In this document: positions 1 to 13,639 of the stretch, in pieces | How the letters are laid out: each line of letters opens with the position of its first letter | Position numbering within the stretch: the stretch's first letter is position 1 | Origin: a virus | UHGV virus genome: UHGV-0278151 | Direction: 5' to 3' (one strand) | Length of the DNA: 20,723 bases | Notes under the pieces: model-generated | The model's database searches: none | What the model was told of the DNA's origin: nothing | What the model saw: only the letters and a program-made list of their open reading frames with translations | Made by a program: the position numbers and the translations under genes

Positions 1-2
1 CC

Positions 3-137
3 ACGCCGACGGAAACGGATGGCGCTGTTTTTCCGGGACGTATCATGCTGGCCAACACCTGCACCTGGACCTATCGCGGTGACGAGTGCGGTTATAGCGG
101 TCCGGCTGTCGCGGATGAATATGACCAGCCAACGAGC
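3..137 (+). pseudogene. L: Inverted internal fragment of tail-tip assembly protein L (C-proximal Cys-rich region), in frame on the plus strand
   Basis: Plus-strand frame 3 reads TPTETDGAVFPGRIMLANTCTWTYRGDECGYSGPAVADEYDQPTS, which I recognise as the Cys-rich C-terminal region of lambda gpL. It lies on the opposite strand to the L N-terminus at 134-370. The match stops at 137, after which the frame runs into the reverse complement of the L N-terminal coding sequence. Confidence 0.7.
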
Positions 138-370
138 GTGGGGCGCGTACTGGTGCCTTTGCCATTCAGTTCAAAACCGCTCCCCTGAATGGGATACGGC
201 TGATACTGTCGCCCCTGCCAGGTGACCGGCTCACCTTTTTCGTTCTGCTCATTACAGAAAAAATAACGTTCTCCACCGACCTCTGTCAGGTCGATTTCCC
301 AGAGCACCACGCTGGCCGACTGCTCCGCACGGGTGCATTCATTCAGTGTTTCCTGCCGGATATCCTGCAT
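92..370 (-). pseudogene. L: Minor tail protein L, disrupted: first ~78 codons intact, then junction with inverted L segment and short out-of-context tail
   Basis: ATG at 368-370 overlaps the M stop (ATGA). The translation MQDIRQETLNECTRAEQSASVVLWEIDLTEVGGERYFFCNEQNEKGEPVTWQGRQYQPYPIQGSGFELNGKGTSTRPTL matches the lambda gpL N-terminus, then diverges (VGWSYSSATAGPL, stop at 92-94). gpL should be about 230 aa. Confidence 0.75.
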
Positions 371-699
371 CAGTTCACCACCTGTTCAAACTCTGCGCTG
401 AACTCAACACGCAGCATACTGACCCGCGACGACCATTTTGCGCAGGTCACCTTTATCTGCCGCCACTCATAAGGCGGCGTCCACAGAAAGGATTTCCAGC
501 CCCCGTGCTCTTCCAGAAACGACTCCAGTACCGTGGCCTCCTCACGGGGGACAGAAAGCGTCACGCTGTACGTTTTCAGGTTGGCATTCAGCCCAGCAGG
601 CGCTCGCTGAGAATAGCCATCACCAAAGCGCACCTTTCTTACAGAAGGGACCGAAGCCACATCCATACCGGGTTTCACTTTCCAGCGGAAGGTCTTCAT
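370..699 (-). CDS. M: Minor tail protein M
   Basis: 109-aa ORF MKTFRWKVKPGMDVASVPSVRKVRFGDGY... matches lambda gpM over its full length. It sits between H and L as in lambda. Confidence 0.93.
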   Translation of the reverse strand: MKTFRWKVKPGMDVASVPSVRKVRFGDGYSQRAPAGLNANLKTYSVTLSVPREEATVLESFLEEHGGWKSFLWTPPYEWRQIKVTCAKWSSRVSMLRVEFSAEFEQVVN

Positions 700-3275
700 C
701 GTCCACCTCCGGAGAACAGGCCACCATCACGCATCTGTGTCTGAATTTCATCACGGGCACCCTTGCGGGCCATGTCATACACCGCCTTCAGAGCAGCCGG
801 ACCTATCTGCCCGTTCGTGCCGTCGTTGTTAATCACCACATGGTTATTCTGCTCAAACGTCCCGGACGCCTGCGACCGGCTGTCTGCCATGCTGCCCGGT
901 GTACCGACATAACCGCCGGTGGCATAGCCGCGCATCAGCCGGTAAAGATTCCCCACGCCAATCCGGCTGGTTGCCTCCTTCGTGAAGACAAATTCACCAC
1001 GGTGAACAATCCCCGCTGGCTCATATTTGCCGCCGGTTCCCGTAAATCCTCCGGTTGCAAAATGGAATTTCGCCGCAGCGGCCTGAATGGCTGTACCGCC
1101 TGACGCGGATGCGCCGCCACCAACAGCCCCGCCAATGGCGCTGCCGATACTCCCGACAATCCCCACCATTGCCTGCTTAAGCAGAATTTCTGTCATCATG
1201 GACAGCACGGAACGGGTGAAGCTGCGCCAGTTCTGCTCACTGCCGGTCAGCATCGCCGCCATATTCTGTGCAATACCATCAAAGGTCTGCGTGGCTGCAC
1301 TTTTTACCTGCGACATACTGTCCGTGGCGCTCTCTTCCCACTCACTCCAGCCGGACTTCAGGCCTGCCATCCAGCTCCCGCGAAGCTGGTCTTCAGCCGC
1401 CCAGGTCTTTTTCTGCTCTGACATGACGTTATTCAGCGCCAGCGGATTATCGCCATACTGTTCCTTCAGGCGCTGTTCCGTGGCTTCCCGTTCTGCCTGC
1501 CGGTCAGTCAGCCCCCGGCTTTTCGCATCAATGGCGGCCCGTTTTGCCCGTTGCTGCTGTGCGAATTTATCCGCCTGCTGCGCCAGCGCGTTCAGGCGCT
1601 CCTGATACGTAACCTTGTCGCCAAGTGCAGCCAGCTGGCGTTTGTACTCCAGCGTCTCATCTTTATGCGCCAGCAGGGATTTCTCCTGTGCAGACAGCTG
1701 GCGACGTTGCGCCGCCTCCTCCAGTACCGCGAACTGGCTCTCCGCCTTCCACAAATCCCGGCGCTGCTGGCTGATTTTCTCATTTGCTCCGGCATGCTTC
1801 TCCAGCGTCCGGAGTTCAGCCTGAAGCGTCAGCAGGGCAGCATGAGCACTGTCTTCCTGACGATCGCCCGCAGACACCTTCACGCCGGACTGTTTCGGCT
1901 TTTTCAGCGTCGCTTCATAATCCTTTTTCGCCGCCGCCATCAGCGTGTTGTAATCCGCCTGCAGGATTTTCCCGTCTTTCAGTGCCTTGTTCAGTTCTTC
2001 CTGACGGGCGGTATATTTCTCCAGCGGCGTCTGCAGCCGTTCGTAAGCCTTCTGCGCCTCTTCGGTATATTTCAGCCGTGATGCCTCAGACTCGGCCCAG
2101 TCCTTTGCTGCCATCTCTCTGGCCTTTTCAAGATCGGCCTGCAACGTGGCGGCTGAAAGCCCAAGTTGCGCATTCGCTCTGTCCTCCCATGCTCCCCGGA
2201 GATTGGCAAGAAATGCTGAGGTTTTACCGCGCCGGTGGCTCCGGCTCTGATACCACTGCCATTTTTTGTCCGCCTCATCAAAAGCCTTTTCTGCTTTCTC
2301 CAGCATTCCCTGGGCAGTGTCCGGGCGACCAATATCCAGCACCGAATCCCACATGGATTTGAATGCCCGTGCTGTCCTGTCTGCCCAGGTCTCCAGCGTG
2401 CCCATGTTCTCTTTCAGGCGGCGGGTCTGGTCATCAAACCCTTTCGTTGCGGCCTCGTTCGCCGCCTGCAATGCCCCGGCTTCATCTCCGGAACGCTGCA
2501 ACTGAGCAACATACGCAATCTGCTCCGCCGTCACGTTATGGAACTGACGTGCCATCGCTGTCAGTCCCGACGTCGGGTCTGTGGTCAGCTTCCCGAAGGC
2601 TTCAGCGACCTTGTCCACCTCCACGCCGGATGCAGAGGAGAAACGCGCCACACTCTGGCTGATCGCCTCAAACTGCTCACCACCACGCACACCGGCATTC
2701 ACCAGCGCCGTCAGTGACTCGCTGGTCTGGTTAAACGTCAGCCCTGCCGCCTGCCCGGCTCTGGACAGGACCAGCATACGATCTGCCGTCAGTCCCGCCT
2801 GATTGCCGGAAAGGACCAGCGTTTTGTTGAAATCGGACAGGGTTGAGTTGCCCTGATACCAGGCATACGCCAGCGCACCGGTCGCCACCGCCAGCGAGGT
2901 GGCCCCCACCATCGGCAGGGTGATCGCACCGGCAAGCCCCCTGAACATGGGGATCATCCCGCCGAAGGAGTCCTTAACCTGACCCCCCTGTTGCAGCAGG
3001 ATCAGCCACGGGCTTTGCCCGCCTGCAAGCTGCGTGGCCACGTCGGTGAACTGTGCAGGCAGCATACGCATGGCGGCTTTATACTGCCCGACGGAAATCC
3101 CCGCTTTCTGTGCAGCCAGCGCCTGTCGGCTCAGCGACTGTTCAACGACTGCCGCTGTTTTTTTCGCATCAGTTTCCGTACCGGAAAAATGACGCCTGAC
3201 TCTGGCCATCTGCTCGTCAAATCTGGCCGCATCCAGACTCAAATCAACGACCAGATCGCCTACCGGTTCAGCCAT
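696..3275 (-). CDS. H: Tail tape measure protein H
   Basis: 859-aa ORF with ATG at 3273-3275 and an AGGAGG Shine-Dalgarno upstream. The translation is near-identical to lambda gpH, including the coiled-coil Ala/Gln-rich centre and the Gly-rich C-terminal region. Confidence 0.95.
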   Translation of the reverse strand: MAEPVGDLVVDLSLDAARFDEQMARVRRHFSGTETDAKKTAAVVEQSLSRQALAAQKAGISVGQYKAAMRMLPAQFTDVATQLAGGQSPWLILLQQGGQVKDSFGGMIPMFRGLAGAITLPMVGATSLAVATGALAYAWYQGNSTLSDFNKTLVLSGNQAGLTADRMLVLSRAGQAAGLTFNQTSESLTALVNAGVRGGEQFEAISQSVARFSSASGVEVDKVAEAFGKLTTDPTSGLTAMARQFHNVTAEQIAYVAQLQRSGDEAGALQAANEAATKGFDDQTRRLKENMGTLETWADRTARAFKSMWDSVLDIGRPDTAQGMLEKAEKAFDEADKKWQWYQSRSHRRGKTSAFLANLRGAWEDRANAQLGLSAATLQADLEKAREMAAKDWAESEASRLKYTEEAQKAYERLQTPLEKYTARQEELNKALKDGKILQADYNTLMAAAKKDYEATLKKPKQSGVKVSAGDRQEDSAHAALLTLQAELRTLEKHAGANEKISQQRRDLWKAESQFAVLEEAAQRRQLSAQEKSLLAHKDETLEYKRQLAALGDKVTYQERLNALAQQADKFAQQQRAKRAAIDAKSRGLTDRQAEREATEQRLKEQYGDNPLALNNVMSEQKKTWAAEDQLRGSWMAGLKSGWSEWEESATDSMSQVKSAATQTFDGIAQNMAAMLTGSEQNWRSFTRSVLSMMTEILLKQAMVGIVGSIGSAIGGAVGGGASASGGTAIQAAAAKFHFATGGFTGTGGKYEPAGIVHRGEFVFTKEATSRIGVGNLYRLMRGYATGGYVGTPGSMADSRSQASGTFEQNNHVVINNDGTNGQIGPAALKAVYDMARKGARDEIQTQMRDGGLFSGGGR

Positions 3276-3702
3276 ACCGGACTCCTCCTGCGATCCCTTC
3301 TGATACTGTCATCAGCATTACGTCATCCTCCGTCATGTCCGCCACATCCGGGGAAGCGGGGATAACTTCATTCCCGTCCGGGCCAAAGCGGACACCTCCG
3401 GCAAGCCCTGCCGCTTTCTGCATCAGCACATCATCTTCAGGCTCTTCGTCAGCCTCGCGCCGGTTCAGCAGACTGAAATCCAGCGGATGCATATCCGGAT
3501 CGCTGAAAAACAGGCTGAGCACGGTGTACGTCAGCCCGGAAAAGTGCATATCCAGCAGAACATCATGAAAATAATGGGTACTGTAAAAGCGGTGCCAGTC
3601 GGCATACTCCGTGGATGACATCCCGGCAAGCATGGCACGCCAGTCGGGTCGCCCCATCTCACGCGCCAGTTTCAGGGCAAAACTCAGCTCACCATCGAAC
3701 AC
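3268..3702 (-). CDS. T: Tail assembly chaperone T segment, expressed as G-T fusion by -1 programmed frameshift
   Basis: The -1 frame downstream of the slippery site reads FDGELSFALKLAREMGRPDWRAMLAGMSSTEYADWHRFY..., matching lambda gpT. There is no independent ribosome-binding site; the ORF overlaps the 3' end of G. Confidence 0.88.
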   Translation of the reverse strand: MFDGELSFALKLAREMGRPDWRAMLAGMSSTEYADWHRFYSTHYFHDVLLDMHFSGLTYTVLSLFFSDPDMHPLDFSLLNRREADEEPEDDVLMQKAAGLAGGVRFGPDGNEVIPASPDVADMTEDDVMLMTVSEGIAGGVRYG

Positions 3703-4106
3703 TTTCCCGCAGAAACAGGCTCTGCAGGCCCGGCGTCCTCTGTCTGTTCAGGAGCATCATTCACCACAAACTCATACATACCGGACAGCCGGTACACCAC
3801 GTTTTCAGCATGAGAAATTGCCTCCGTGGGCCAGGTGGTAAGCACTTCCTGCTCAATCTGTTTAACGGCTTCATTCATGGAAGGCAGCTTTGTCTTCTTC
3901 GGATGGTTATGCCACAGGGACATCGCCACCAGAAACGCGCCGGTTCTGATGGCGTCTTCCACAGTAAACTTCCGGTTGCTGTCTGACTCCGCCTGTTCTG
4001 CCTGCCGTTTCATCAGGGCGAGATGCTCAATTCGCTGCAGGGCTGACAGTTCAGAAAGCGTGACGGTCACACCGTTATGTTCAAATGATTCGGTTTTCAG
4101 GAACAT
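3684..4106 (-). CDS. G: Tail assembly chaperone G
   Basis: 140-aa ORF MFLKTESFEHNGVTVTLSELSALQRIEHLALMKRQ... matching lambda gpG, with ATG at 4104-4106. It ends ...SAGKCSMVS, with the slippery heptamer six codons before the stop. Confidence 0.93.
   Translation of the reverse strand: MFLKTESFEHNGVTVTLSELSALQRIEHLALMKRQAEQAESDSNRKFTVEDAIRTGAFLVAMSLWHNHPKKTKLPSMNEAVKQIEQEVLTTWPTEAISHAENVVYRLSGMYEFVVNDAPEQTEDAGPAEPVSAGKCSMVS
3702..3708 (-). other. G-T -1 programmed ribosomal frameshift slippery heptamer (G GGA AAG)
   Basis: Plus-strand CTTTCCC at 3702-3708 is GGGAAAG on the coding strand, in the X XXY YYZ register of the G frame. Shifting -1 here gives the T reading frame exactly. Confidence 0.85.
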
Positions 4107-4121
4107 CGCTGACTCCCCGGA

Positions 4122-4862
4122 TTAACTGGCGGTGACGGTGATTTCTGCAACCGCAGCAAGTTCACCATTACCGGATACGACCGGAATGTTGACCTTGCCT
4201 GCAGCAACACCTTTCACGGTGATGGTCATACCACTGACCGACACGGTGGCTTTTGTTTTATCCGCAGACACCGCACGGAAGCTCTTGTCGGTTGCGCCTT
4301 CCGGCTGGAATGCCACGGTCAGCGTGGTGCTCTGCCCTTTCACCACCGAGGTGCTGGCAGGCGTCACAGTCATGCCGGTTGTCGCCGTCACCGTGCTGCG
4401 ATCTTCTGCCATCGACGGACGGCCCACGTTGGTGACTTTCACCGTGCGGGTGATCACTTCCTTCGCCGTCACCGCCTTACCGATACTGCTGACCCAGCCG
4501 CGGAACACATCGACCGTGCCGTTCGGGAAGCGGATTTTATAGGCTCGGGTATCCCCTTCATTAAACCACGCCAGCAGCGCCTGCTGCCCCTGCTCTCCGG
4601 GCATCCACGCCAGCGTGAAGCTGGTATCTCCGGCAGATTTCTGCCCCTGCCCGGTCGCAGTCCAGTCTGCATCTTCATCATCGAGATAGCTGTCGTCATA
4701 GGACTCAGCGGTCAGTTCGCCGGGCGTCAGGTCTTTAACTTTTGCCAGACGCGACCAGTCAACGTCTGAAAGCGGATTCGCATAAGGGTCACCGCTTCCC
4801 TTATAAACCCACAGGGTGGTCCCGGCACCTTTCACCGGCATTACAGGATTTGGTACAGGCAT
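4122..4862 (-). CDS. V: Major tail tube protein V
   Basis: The translation from the internal ATG at 4860-4862 ([36 protein letters not shown]...) matches lambda gpV, including the C-terminal Ig-like region. The track ORF begins 10 codons further upstream. Confidence 0.93.
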   Translation of the reverse strand: MPVPNPVMPVKGAGTTLWVYKGSGDPYANPLSDVDWSRLAKVKDLTPGELTAESYDDSYLDDEDADWTATGQGQKSAGDTSFTLAWMPGEQGQQALLAWFNEGDTRAYKIRFPNGTVDVFRGWVSSIGKAVTAKEVITRTVKVTNVGRPSMAEDRSTVTATTGMTVTPASTSVVKGQSTTLTVAFQPEGATDKSFRAVSADKTKATVSVSGMTITVKGVAAGKVNIPVVSGNGELAAVAEITVTAS

Positions 4863-4869
4863 AGCGTCC

Positions 4870-5265
4870 TCACATTTCATAGGTAATGACATAAGTCAGA
4901 TCGGCTGAACTCCACAGGCCCGCATCATCGTCGCGCCGGTAGTCATAGCCGCTGGCCACCATACTGGTGATCAAATCTGACAGTGCCGGGATATCACTCA
5001 TCACCGGATAAATCCGGGACTCCATCCACGCATCCAGCTCTGAATCCGGCACCTGAGCAGGCAGGAAAACTTCAATATGCAGCTCCGCCTGCCATGTATC
5101 GCTGTCCAGCTCTTCGCCCGTGTATTCAGCGCCGGTGAGATAAACGGCAACTGCCGGAAAATCCGCCTCATCAAAAACAGCGGGGCGACCATCAAAAAAC
5201 GTCGCCCCGGTGTCATGCTTCTCCAGTGCATCCAGTACGGCTGCACGGAGTTCAGTATGTTTCAT
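4870..5265 (-). CDS. U: Tail tube terminator protein U
   Basis: 131-aa [40 protein letters not shown]... matches lambda gpU. Its ATG overlaps the Z stop (ATGA). Confidence 0.93.
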   Translation of the reverse strand: MKHTELRAAVLDALEKHDTGATFFDGRPAVFDEADFPAVAVYLTGAEYTGEELDSDTWQAELHIEVFLPAQVPDSELDAWMESRIYPVMSDIPALSDLITSMVASGYDYRRDDDAGLWSSADLTYVITYEM

Positions 5266-5840
5266 CGCTTTATTACCATTCTCAGTTGATGCTGCAGCGC
5301 ATAGCCCAGCTCTTTCGGAAGACGTTCACGCCGTATCCGTTCAATATTCTGTTTAAACGCCGTGGTCAGCGGCACCGCCATCGGGATTTTCACCACATCA
5401 ATGGGGTAACGGTTTTTCCCGGCCACACGCTGCATGACATGCCACCGGCCATTTTTCAGTTGCTGAATAAACGCGCCGGGAATACGACGGTTTCCCACCA
5501 CAAGCACGCTGCCGCCACCTTTCAGGGATGAACGCTGCCCCTTTTTACGACGTCTGCGGCGGGAAAGGACAACCCGCGCGTTACCCAGCTTGATTACGGG
5601 CAAATCCCCCCGGTTAACCCTGATTCTGGCCTGCGGATTTTTGACCGTGGCCCTTTTCAGCCTGGCCCTTTCCTTTACCAGTTTCCGGCGTACCTTTGTC
5701 TCACGGGCAACCTGTGACGCAGACTGCGATATCGCGGATGACGCAACGCGGTTAATGGCCATTGCGGCGGCACCAGGCACCGCCGTTTTGCTGATACGGC
5801 TGAGGTTTTCAACGGCCTGCTCAAGACCTTTTATGGCCAT
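5262..5840 (-). CDS. Z: Tail completion protein Z
   Basis: 192-aa ORF MAIKGLEQAVENLSRISKTAVPGAAAMAINRVASS... matches lambda gpZ. Confidence 0.92.
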   Translation of the reverse strand: MAIKGLEQAVENLSRISKTAVPGAAAMAINRVASSAISQSASQVARETKVRRKLVKERARLKRATVKNPQARIRVNRGDLPVIKLGNARVVLSRRRRRKKGQRSSLKGGGSVLVVGNRRIPGAFIQQLKNGRWHVMQRVAGKNRYPIDVVKIPMAVPLTTAFKQNIERIRRERLPKELGYALQHQLRMVIKR

Positions 5841-5851
5841 ACATCCCCCTT

Positions 5852-6205
5852 TCAGCGGCGACGGTTAACGGCAGGCGGCACGCCACGCCCAAGCCAGAGA
5901 TGACAGCTTCCGCCATCATCCGGCGAAATCCGGTCCACCCAGAAGTTTTCCTCGCCGATGGTCAGTGTGTCTCCACGCCGCAGCTGCCGCACATCATCAG
6001 TCCGGACAAACAGGGACGGGCTGGAGCCTTCAACGCGCACCCCCTGTCCGGCATAGCTGATATTTTCAGGGTCATCAAAAACACCACGTATCACAGCACC
6101 GGACAGCTCACCGGATGTCATGGTGGCTGACGTTCCCATGTACCCGCGTATCGTTTCATCGGCGCGGGCAATGGCAGCATCGAACAGGTTATCGGAATCA
6201 GCCAC
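5852..6205 (-). CDS. FII: Head-tail joining protein FII
   Basis: 117-aa ORF (GTG start at 6203-6205) ADSDNLFDAAIARADETIRGYMGTSATMTSGEL... matches lambda gpFII. Confidence 0.9.
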   Translation of the reverse strand: MADSDNLFDAAIARADETIRGYMGTSATMTSGELSGAVIRGVFDDPENISYAGQGVRVEGSSPSLFVRTDDVRQLRRGDTLTIGEENFWVDRISPDDGGSCHLWLGRGVPPAVNRRR

Positions 6206-6216
6206 AGCGCCTCCCG

Positions 6217-6612
6217 TTATTGCATTCTGGCCAGGCCATGTTCTGTCATTTCGGCTGCCACACCGGCAGAGACACGAAACGCCGTTCCCGGCAGCACAAA
6301 TGCCACAGGCTCATCCCGCGTGGCGTGAAGTGCATCAGTATGCAGCGTCACCAGTGCCACGACCGTGACCAGAGCAGCCGCATCAGTCACGGTATCCGGC
6401 TGCGCTGATACCACCTCATTTTCATGTCCGGTCAGCGCATTTTCCGGGCTGACAGATGTGTCCTGACCGGCAGCGTCATCCGTGTCATCAAGCTCCTCTT
6501 CCAGCTCTGCCACACGGAGCACCAGTTCTTCTTTCGTCCCCATCAGGCTGACATCACGGTTCAGTTGCTCACCCAGCACCTGAAGACGGGCAATCAGTTC
6601 ATCTTTCGTCAT
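6217..6612 (-). CDS. FI: DNA packaging/head completion protein FI
   Basis: Starting at the internal ATG at 6610-6612, which has a GGAGG Shine-Dalgarno, the translation MTKDELIARLQVLGEQLNRDVSL... matches lambda gpFI, including the acidic linker and conserved C-terminus. Confidence 0.9.
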   Translation of the reverse strand: MTKDELIARLQVLGEQLNRDVSLMGTKEELVLRVAELEEELDDTDDAAGQDTSVSPENALTGHENEVVSAQPDTVTDAAALVTVVALVTLHTDALHATRDEPVAFVLPGTAFRVSAGVAAEMTEHGLARMQ

Positions 6613-6653
6613 GGACTCCTCCACAGAGAGAAAATGGCCCCGAAGGGCCATGA

Positions 6654-7679
6654 TTACGCCAGTTGTACGGACACGAACGCATCAGGATCAGCCAGCAGCA
6701 TCAGCGGTGCTGACTGAATCATGGTGAACTCACGCGCCGGATCGCCGGTGGTCACCCAGTTTTTCGGGTAGCGGGCAGAGGCGTTAATACCTTCGCGCTG
6801 TGCGTCCGCATCCTGAATGCAGCCATAGGTGCGCAGACCGCGTGCCTGAGTGTTCCCCAGCACCATCGTGTTGTCCGGCAGGAAGTTCTTTTTGACGTCG
6901 TTTTCCACGTACTGTCCGGAATACACGACGATCGCCGTATCGCCATACATCCCCTTATAGGACACCGCTTCGCCCAGGTCTTTTACCGCTGTCTCCAGCT
7001 CGGAATGAGAGCCGCGACGGGTATCCAGCTTCTCCTTGACGGCTTTGAAGGAACGGAACAGCGCCCAGCCTTTCGGATCAAACACGATGATATTCACCAC
7101 GCCGCTGGCGTTCAGCGCATAGGCTTCGATATCGTCGGTCGGGTCATACGTGGACTTGTCACGCTTGCTCCACTCCGTACCACCGGACTGTGTGATGTTG
7201 TTCGCCGCACTGCGGCCCATATCCACCTCAACCGGATCGAAGGCTTCACCGGTCATGGTGTATTTGCCCTTAAGCACAGCAGAAACTGCCTGCATCTCTT
7301 CGACCTGAGCAATGGCCAGCTCTTCGTCTCGCATGTTCTGCATGATGATGCGACGGCGGCGGTAAGCCGGGTCCGCCAGATTCTGCGGATCTTCATCCGG
7401 CAGGCGACGCAGGGTCATCTGCGGATTCACCTCATGCTTGGGTTTGACATATCCCGGCGTAAATTCAGAGGTGGAGCCGCCACGGGAACGGATAACCTCA
7501 CCGGAAACAATCGGCGAAACGTACAGCGCCATGTTTACCAGTCCCGGAATTTGTGAGAGATAGACTTTCTCCGTGGTGAAGGGATAGCTCTCACGGAAAA
7601 AGAGACGCAGAAACAGCGGATCAAACTTAAATTTCTGCTCATTTGCCGCCAGCAGCTGGGCGGTTGTGTACATCGACAT
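6654..7679 (-). CDS. E: Major capsid protein E
   Basis: From ATG at 7677-7679 the translation MSMYTTAQLLAANEQKFKFDPLFLRLFFRESYPFTTEKVY... is near-identical to lambda gpE over about 341 aa. Confidence 0.95.
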   Translation of the reverse strand: MSMYTTAQLLAANEQKFKFDPLFLRLFFRESYPFTTEKVYLSQIPGLVNMALYVSPIVSGEVIRSRGGSTSEFTPGYVKPKHEVNPQMTLRRLPDEDPQNLADPAYRRRRIIMQNMRDEELAIAQVEEMQAVSAVLKGKYTMTGEAFDPVEVDMGRSAANNITQSGGTEWSKRDKSTYDPTDDIEAYALNASGVVNIIVFDPKGWALFRSFKAVKEKLDTRRGSHSELETAVKDLGEAVSYKGMYGDTAIVVYSGQYVENDVKKNFLPDNTMVLGNTQARGLRTYGCIQDADAQREGINASARYPKNWVTTGDPAREFTMIQSAPLMLLADPDAFVSVQLA

Positions 7680-7734
7680 AAAAAAATCCCGTAAAAAAAG
7701 CCGCACAGGCGGCCTTTAGTGATGAAGGGTAAGG

Positions 7735-8067
7735 TTAAACGATGCTGATTGCCGTTCCGGCAAACGCGGTCCGTTTTTTCGTCTCGTCGCTGGCAGCCTC
7801 CGGCCAGAGCACATCCTCATAACGGAACGTGCCGGACTTGTAGAACGTCAGCGTGGTGCTGGTCTGGTCAGCATCAACCGCAAGAATGCCAACGGCAGTA
7901 CCGTCGGTGGTGCCATCCCACGCAACCAGCTTACGGGTGGAGGTGTCCAGCATCAGCGGGGTCATTGCAGGCGCTTTCGCACTCAATCCGCCGGGCGCGG
8001 TTGCCGTATGTGCCGGGTCACTGTTGCCCAGCGGCTGGTAATGGGTAAAGGTTTCTTTGCTCGTCAT
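7735..8067 (-). CDS. D: Head decoration protein D
   Basis: From ATG at 8065-8067 the translation [40 protein letters not shown]... matches lambda gpD. Confidence 0.93.
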   Translation of the reverse strand: MTSKETFTHYQPLGNSDPAHTATAPGGLSAKAPAMTPLMLDTSTRKLVAWDGTTDGTAVGILAVDADQTSTTLTFYKSGTFRYEDVLWPEAASDETKKRTAFAGTAISIV

Positions 8068-8076
8068 AAACATCCC

Positions 8077-9376
8077 TTACACTGGTGTGTTCAGCAAATC
8101 GTTAACGGCATCAGATGCCGGGTTACCTGCAGCCAGTGGTGCCGGTGCCCCCTGCATCAGACGATCCAGCGCAGTGTCACTGCGCGCCTGTGCACTCTGT
8201 GGTGCAGCTGCCAGAATGCGGCGGGCCGTTTCCACGGTCATACCGGGGGTTTCGGCCAGCACACGTGCCTGTTCTTCGCGTCCGTGAGCTTCCTCACAGT
8301 TGAGGATCCCCATAATGCGGCTGTTTTCTGCCGCAACCGCAGCGGTGATCTGCGCGTTCACGTCCGGCTGCGCCGCGCTGGCGTTTTCGCCCTCCGTCGC
8401 TTGCACCACGTCAGTAACGTCAGCCTGCGAAGCAGTGGCTGAAACAGTTGTTGATTGAGTCTCTTTGGTCATTCGCCCTCCTGAGAGACGGGATTTACGT
8501 GCATCCAGTGCATCACGCATAACGGTGATCGCATCGGTGCTGTTGACAAGTTCATCAGCCAGTCCGGCATCAATGGCCTCCTGACCGCTGTACACTGCAG
8601 CCTCGGTATCCAGCACAGCCTGCACGGACAGGCCGGTATATGCCGACACCTTCTGCGCAAACATCCGGCGGGTTGCATCCATCCGGGACTGCAGTGTCTC
8701 CCGGACATCACCCGGTAGATGGCTGTAGGGGTTGCCATCCACCTTATGGCTGCCGCTGTAAATCAGCGTGATTTCCACGCCCTGTTTCTCCAGCGCAGCG
8801 CCGTAATTACTGTGAGCCATCATGACGCCGATGGAGCCTGTCCGGGCGGTCTGCGTGACCAGACGCCGGGAGGCGGCGCTGGCAAGCAGCTGACCTGCAC
8901 TGCAGTTCATGTCGTTGGCCAGCGCCCATACCGGCTTTATGTCACGCACACGGGCGATGATGTCAGCACAGTCAAATGCTCCCGCCACCATCCCGCCCGG
9001 TGTGTCCATATCGAGCAGAATGCCGTCCACCATCGGATCGCTGGCAGCCTGTTGCAGACGGGCGATAATGCCGTTGTAACCGGTCATTCCCGAATACGGC
9101 TGCAGCGCCCGCGTCCGGCTGACCAGCGTACCGGACACCGGCAGCACGGCGATGCCGTTCATGACCTGATAACTGCGGGCCTGTCGTGGTCCGTCATCAT
9201 CACCGGATAACGCCAGCGCCGCGGGTGCCTCTCCGGCAGTCAGGCTGTCGCCGGATACTGCATCCGTCAGGCGACTGATCCCAAGCTGGCCTGCAAGCGC
9301 ACAAAAGAAAACCCGCGCATAGGCGGGTTCAAGCATCAGCGGCTCATTAAAAGCCATGCTGGCAATATGCGGGAGA

Positions 9377-9396
<20 letters not shown>
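8077..9396 (-). CDS. C: Head maturation protease C, with scaffold Nu3 as an expected in-frame internal start
   Basis: GTG at 9394-9396 is preceded by a GGAGGAG Shine-Dalgarno. The translation (V)TAELRNLPHIASMAFNEPLMLEPAYARVFFCALAG... matches lambda gpC to its C-terminus. The start overlaps the 3' end of B as in lambda. Confidence 0.9.
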
Positions 9397-13077
<3,681 letters not shown>

Positions 13078-13103
<26 letters not shown>

Positions 13104-13623
13104 TCAGCAACCCCGGTATCAGTTCATCCAGCGCGGCTGCTTTGTTCATGGCTTTGATGATATCCCGTTTCAGGAAATCAATATGCCGGTTATCCAGCTC
13201 AGGAAAACGTCGCTGCACCGACAGAGGAATACCGTCGAGAATACTGGCAATTTCACCTGCGATCCGCGACAGCACGAAAGTACAGAATGCGGTTTCCACC
13301 ACTTCAGCGGAGTCTCTGGCATTTTTCAGCTCCTGGGCGTCAGCCTGCGCACGTGTAAGTCGATGGCGTTCGTACTCAATAGTCCCAGGCTGGAGATCTG
13401 CCTCGCTGGCCGCCCTGTAATCCTCAACCTCTTTACGGAGTTTTTCATTTTCGATATCAGCTTCCCTCTGCGCATACCACTGAATTGCCATGGCGGTATC
13501 AAATACAGATTCAACGCCCTTACCACCTCCGGAGACGCAAGGGAGTCCCTGAGACTGCCAGCGTTCAATCGTTCGCGGATCCACGTTGAAAATTTCGGCA
13601 AGTTTCTTTTTATTAACCTTCAT
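13078..13623 (-). CDS. Nu1: Terminase small subunit Nu1
   Basis: From ATG at 13621-13623 the translation is [36 protein letters not shown].... The C-terminal two-thirds match lambda Nu1 closely; the N-terminal DNA-binding region is divergent. Confidence 0.9.
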
Positions 13624-13639
13624 GAAACAGTCACACAAC

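Noticed and set aside
1087-2717. Multiple long plus-strand ORFs (for example 1087-1605, 1551-2081, 1784-2362, 2235-2717) inside the tape measure gene
   Set aside because: They lie antisense to a well-supported 859-aa lambda-H-like gene in GC-rich sequence. Their translations are low-complexity (Arg/Leu/Ser/Cys-rich) and have no start context. They are typical shadow ORFs.
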